Shown here: positions 60,492 to 64,000 of the stretch, in pieces | How positions within the stretch are numbered: the stretch's first letter is position 1 | Layout: each line of letters opens with the position of its first letter | Origin: Verrucomicrobiota bacterium | GTDB lineage: Bacteria > Verrucomicrobiota > Verrucomicrobiia > Limisphaerales > AAA164-E04 | Assembly (NCBI GenBank): GCA_047947115.1 | Contig: CP170459.1 | Coordinates: 736,001 to 800,000, forward strand | Length of the DNA: 64,000 nt | Direction of reading: 5' to 3' | Program-made: the position numbers and the translations under genes | Notes under the pieces: model-generated | What the model was told of the DNA's origin: nothing | Seen by the model: only the letters and a program-made list of their open reading frames with translations | Database searches by the model: none

Positions 60492-62579
60492 ATGAAGGAA
60501 TTTTTCGCGAAAAAACCGCTGAGCGGCAAAGTCAATACTTTGAACATCATCACCAATTCGTTGGCGATGGTGTTGGTGCTCGGTGCCATTTTTGGTCTGA
60601 GCCTTCTGCACTACAAAAACAAAGGCCTGAGCGAAAGTTCCCTCCTGGCTAAAATAGCCACCAACAGTCTGAGCAGATCACTCCCCCCCGCGGACAGGGA
60701 GGAAGGGGACAAGGCTCTCTCGGAGATATTTGCTTATCTGGATCCCGACATGGGGGTTCAACTTTTTGTGGATAATGAATTACGGGGGCAATTCCTGAAC
60801 CACGAAAATACCAATGACATCAATCTCCCAATGACCAGCGACGCTCCTCCCGAAACGGAAGAGCTGAATGGATGGACAGCGCACGTTGCCGTGCCTTTTG
60901 TTTTCACATCCGACCGTAAGACTGAAGCGATCATTTCCATCTTCGCAAGCGTGAAAAACGCTCAAATCAAAGCCGTCACCACAACGGCTGTCTTCGCCCT
61001 GATCGCCATCACATCGGTGATCCTGGCTCTCCTGGCAGGCCGAAAGCTGCAGCGATTCATCTCCGATCCCCTATTACTGTTGGCTGAAGCAACTGAAAAA
61101 ATCGCCAACGAAAAGAATTTCTCCATGCGTGTCTACAGCCCGTCAAAAGATGAAATCGGATTGCTTTACGAAGGATTCAACCGAATGCTTGAAGAGGTGG
61201 AACACAGGGATGAAATGATCCGCAAGACAAACGAACAATTGGAAGATCGAGTCAAAGCACGCACTTCCGAACTGGTACAGGCACACGCGGAAACCGAATC
61301 CATCAACAACCAACTGTTGGAGACCAACGAAAAGCTGAAAGCATCCATCGAGGAAGCCAAACAACTCGCCGTTGAAGCCCAGGCAGCCAGCAAGGCAAAA
61401 AGTGAATTCCTGGCCGCTATGAGCCATGAAATCCGTACCCCGATGAACGGGGTCATCGGTTTCACAAACCTTCTGCTCGATTCCAGCCTGGACGAAACAC
61501 AACGGGACTACGCCAACACCATCAAAAGTTCCGGTGAATCCCTGTTGGTGATCATCAATGACATTCTGGACTTCTCCAAAATCGAGGCCGGTAAATTCTT
61601 CCTGGATTCCACACCGTTCGACATGGCAGCCACATGCAATGAAGTGGTCGAACTCCTCTCCGAACAAGCCAACGCCAAGAATCTGGAACTGAAACTATTT
61701 TACGAACCGGACGCCCGCAAACATCTGGTGGGTGATCCGGGAAGAACCAAACAAGTGTTGATCAACCTGCTTTCCAATGCGATCAAATTCACTGAATCAG
61801 GCTTCATTCATGTTCGTGTGGAAAAAACAGCGGTCGACAAACATCCGGACGGACTCAAAATCAGTGTCACCGACACGGGCATCGGCATTCCTACCAACAA
61901 ACAAAATCTACTCTTTGAAAAGTTCTCACAAACCGACGCCTCCACCACACGCAAATATGGTGGCACCGGACTCGGTCTTGCCATTTGCAAAGAATTGGTG
62001 ACCCTGATGAACGGACAGATCGGATTCAAGAGCCAGGAAGGAAACGGATCCGTGTTCTGGTTCACCCTGCCAGCCTGGGAATTCGCATCGGACCTGTCTA
62101 AATCCGCCACCGAACCGAATCGACTCGCTCAGGAGGGCTCGGTGAAATTCGATCCAAACCAGATGAAGCCCCTCCCGGAAGGATTCACCGTACTGCTGGT
62201 CGAAGACAACACGGTCAACCAAAAGCTGGCGGCCAAAATCTTGTCCCAAATGGGTTGCCATGTGGATCTGGCAATCAACGGCAAAGAAGCTGTCGCCATG
62301 GCTCGCAAGCAATCCTATGACATCATCTTCATGGACTGCCAAATGCCGGAAATGGACGGTTACGAAGCAACCAGACGCATCCGTGACATCGAATTCGACA
62401 ACAAAGTCCCGGAAACCGAGCGCGTCCCCATCATCGCGATCACTGCCAATGCCATGCGCGGTGATAGGGAAAAATGCTTGGAAGAGGGCATGAACGACTA
62501 TATTGCGAAACCCATCGATGCAGGACAAATCGGGCAATTGATCGAAAAGTGGCGACACAAATCCAATCCCTCAAATTGA
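60492..62579 (+). CDS. Hybrid sensor histidine kinase/response regulator (2 TM, HAMP, HisKA, HATPase, REC)
   Basis: DEIGLL HAMP, MSHEIRTPMNG, NAIKFT, GGTGLGL, LVEDN, MDCQMP. Confidence 0.95.
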   Translation: MKEFFAKKPLSGKVNTLNIITNSLAMVLVLGAIFGLSLLHYKNKGLSESSLLAKIATNSLSRSLPPADREEGDKALSEIFAYLDPDMGVQLFVDNELRGQFLNHENTNDINLPMTSDAPPETEELNGWTAHVAVPFVFTSDRKTEAIISIFASVKNAQIKAVTTTAVFALIAITSVILALLAGRKLQRFISDPLLLLAEATEKIANEKNFSMRVYSPSKDEIGLLYEGFNRMLEEVEHRDEMIRKTNEQLEDRVKARTSELVQAHAETESINNQLLETNEKLKASIEEAKQLAVEAQAASKAKSEFLAAMSHEIRTPMNGVIGFTNLLLDSSLDETQRDYANTIKSSGESLLVIINDILDFSKIEAGKFFLDSTPFDMAATCNEVVELLSEQANAKNLELKLFYEPDARKHLVGDPGRTKQVLINLLSNAIKFTESGFIHVRVEKTAVDKHPDGLKISVTDTGIGIPTNKQNLLFEKFSQTDASTTRKYGGTGLGLAICKELVTLMNGQIGFKSQEGNGSVFWFTLPAWEFASDLSKSATEPNRLAQEGSVKFDPNQMKPLPEGFTVLLVEDNTVNQKLAAKILSQMGCHVDLAINGKEAVAMARKQSYDIIFMDCQMPEMDGYEATRRIRDIEFDNKVPETERVPIIAITANAMRGDREKCLEEGMNDYIAKPIDAGQIGQLIEKWRHKSNPSN

Positions 62580-62682
62580 CCGACACTGCACTCCAATTGC
62601 CCTCCAGACGGTAACAAACAGTGTATTTCTCTTTCCCCGACGACTTGTCAGTCCTCCTTCTGTTGCTTATGGTGTAGGGACG

Positions 62683-64000
62683 ATGAAAGTCCCAAATACG
62701 ATTGGTTTGAATTTTACGACCAATAACTTCATAACCTGCCTTGCCGTCGGGTTGCTGACAGGGATGCAGTTCCCAAACCTGAATGCTCAAGCCGAGGTTG
62801 ATTTCTCTTCAGACATACAACCCGTGTTGAACGAACATTGCACCTCATGCCACGGTGGGGTGAAGCAGGCTGGCAAGGTCTGCTGATACACAGGGATATG
62901 AAAAAGACCTGGGACGAAATGTCTGGCCCTGGAGAGATTGGGTCATCCGGTCCTTCAATGAGGACATGCCCTACGATCAATTCCTGATCAAGCAATTGGC
63001 TGGAGACCTGTTGCCGGACAGGACACTTGAAGATCTGCTGGCAACAACCTACCACCGAAACACTCAAACCAATACCGAAGGTGGAACCGACGACGAAGAG
63101 TTCCGCATGGCCGCAGTGATCGACCGCCTCAGCACCACCTGGGAAGCGTTCCAGGGAACATCCTTCCGCTGCATACAATGCCACAGCCATCCATATGATC
63201 CCTTTTCGCACGATGAATTTTACAAATTCCTCGCCTTCTTCAATACATCCGAAGATGCAGATGTCACCGAAGATTTCCCTCTCGTCAAAATCCCCAGCGA
63301 GTTGGATCAATTGGCCAAGGTAAACTCACTTTACGATACATCAAAATCCATTCGACAAACTTTGTTCAAAGAAGGCATGAAACGATTGGGTGAGGGATCA
63401 CAGTGGAAGCCCATTTCCGCCATAAAAGCGAGCAGCAGCGGAGAAACACAATTGGTGGTGACTCAAGAAGACGGCCACCCGGAAGTGCGCGCTCAAGGCA
63501 ACCTTTCCACAGGTTCGAAATACGAAATCGTCTTTGAAATCCCCGATGGAATGACTCGGTTGGAAGCGCTCAAAATCGAGGTCCTGCCCAACAACCCGAC
63601 CGCCGCATTGTCCATTCCTGAGATGGGATTTGTCCTAAGTCGTTTCAAATTGTGGGTGAATGCCCCGGGAACCGAACCCGATCCGGAAGATCAATCCGGC
63701 ATCCCCTTCAAATGGGTAGTCGATGATGATCCCGCGGCTTTTTATAATGCCACCGATAGTCTCAAGGATGGAGGCAACGGATGGGGTGCCTACACTCGTT
63801 TGAACGCTCCCCGCACAGCAGCCTTGATTCCTGAGCAACCGATAGATCTCCCCGCAAGCGGCAGCATTCGCATCAGCATGCTCTTTCAACAATCAGCAAC
63901 AGGAGCCATCCCCCTGCTGATTCGTCGCGCTCGATTTGCCGTGTCGGAATCAGACATGTGGTCAGCCTGGGCTGGATCCGACGGATTCCAATCCCTGGTT
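62683..64000 (+). pseudogene. Planctomycete-type cytochrome c / DUF1549 (PSD1) protein with out-of-frame internal deletion; runs off the right edge
   Basis: Signal peptide plus VDFSSDIQPVLNEHCTSCHGG stops at 62886. Another frame from 62882 reads ADTQGYEKD...WRDWVIRSFNEDMPYDQF...QLAGDLL...CIQCHSHPYD. Confidence 0.8.

Overview
Bacterial chromosomal window, probably Verrucomicrobiota (Pedosphaerales/Limisphaerales-like). This is inferred from gene content (dnaB-bamA-skp, Gld-like ABC operon, sulfatases, ThuA/DUF1080, PSD1-type cytochrome c), not from a search. Bases 1-6.2 kb hold a chromosomal integron: intact intI, attI and four minus-strand cassettes with homogeneous ~126-bp attC sites. Its distal attC is interrupted by an ISNCY-type element, which is itself interrupted by an IS66 with an internally deleted tnpC. 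Two cassettes carry self-complementary non-canonical GGT...ACC cores instead of GTT...AAC, and the attC sites contain a conserved SD-led 18-codon ORF. The middle of the window is mostly housekeeping, envelope and sugar/sulfate genes. A second accessory patch (34.9-45.5 kb) has a nitrate-reductase-family molybdoenzyme fused to an unknown domain and an Nfu domain, an HUH Y1 transposase between 31-bp inverted repeats with a 495-bp tandem duplication and an Rhs remnant, and a secreted protein with six ~175-aa repeats. All three toxin-antitoxin pairs are damaged. No rRNA, tRNA or CRISPR array was seen.
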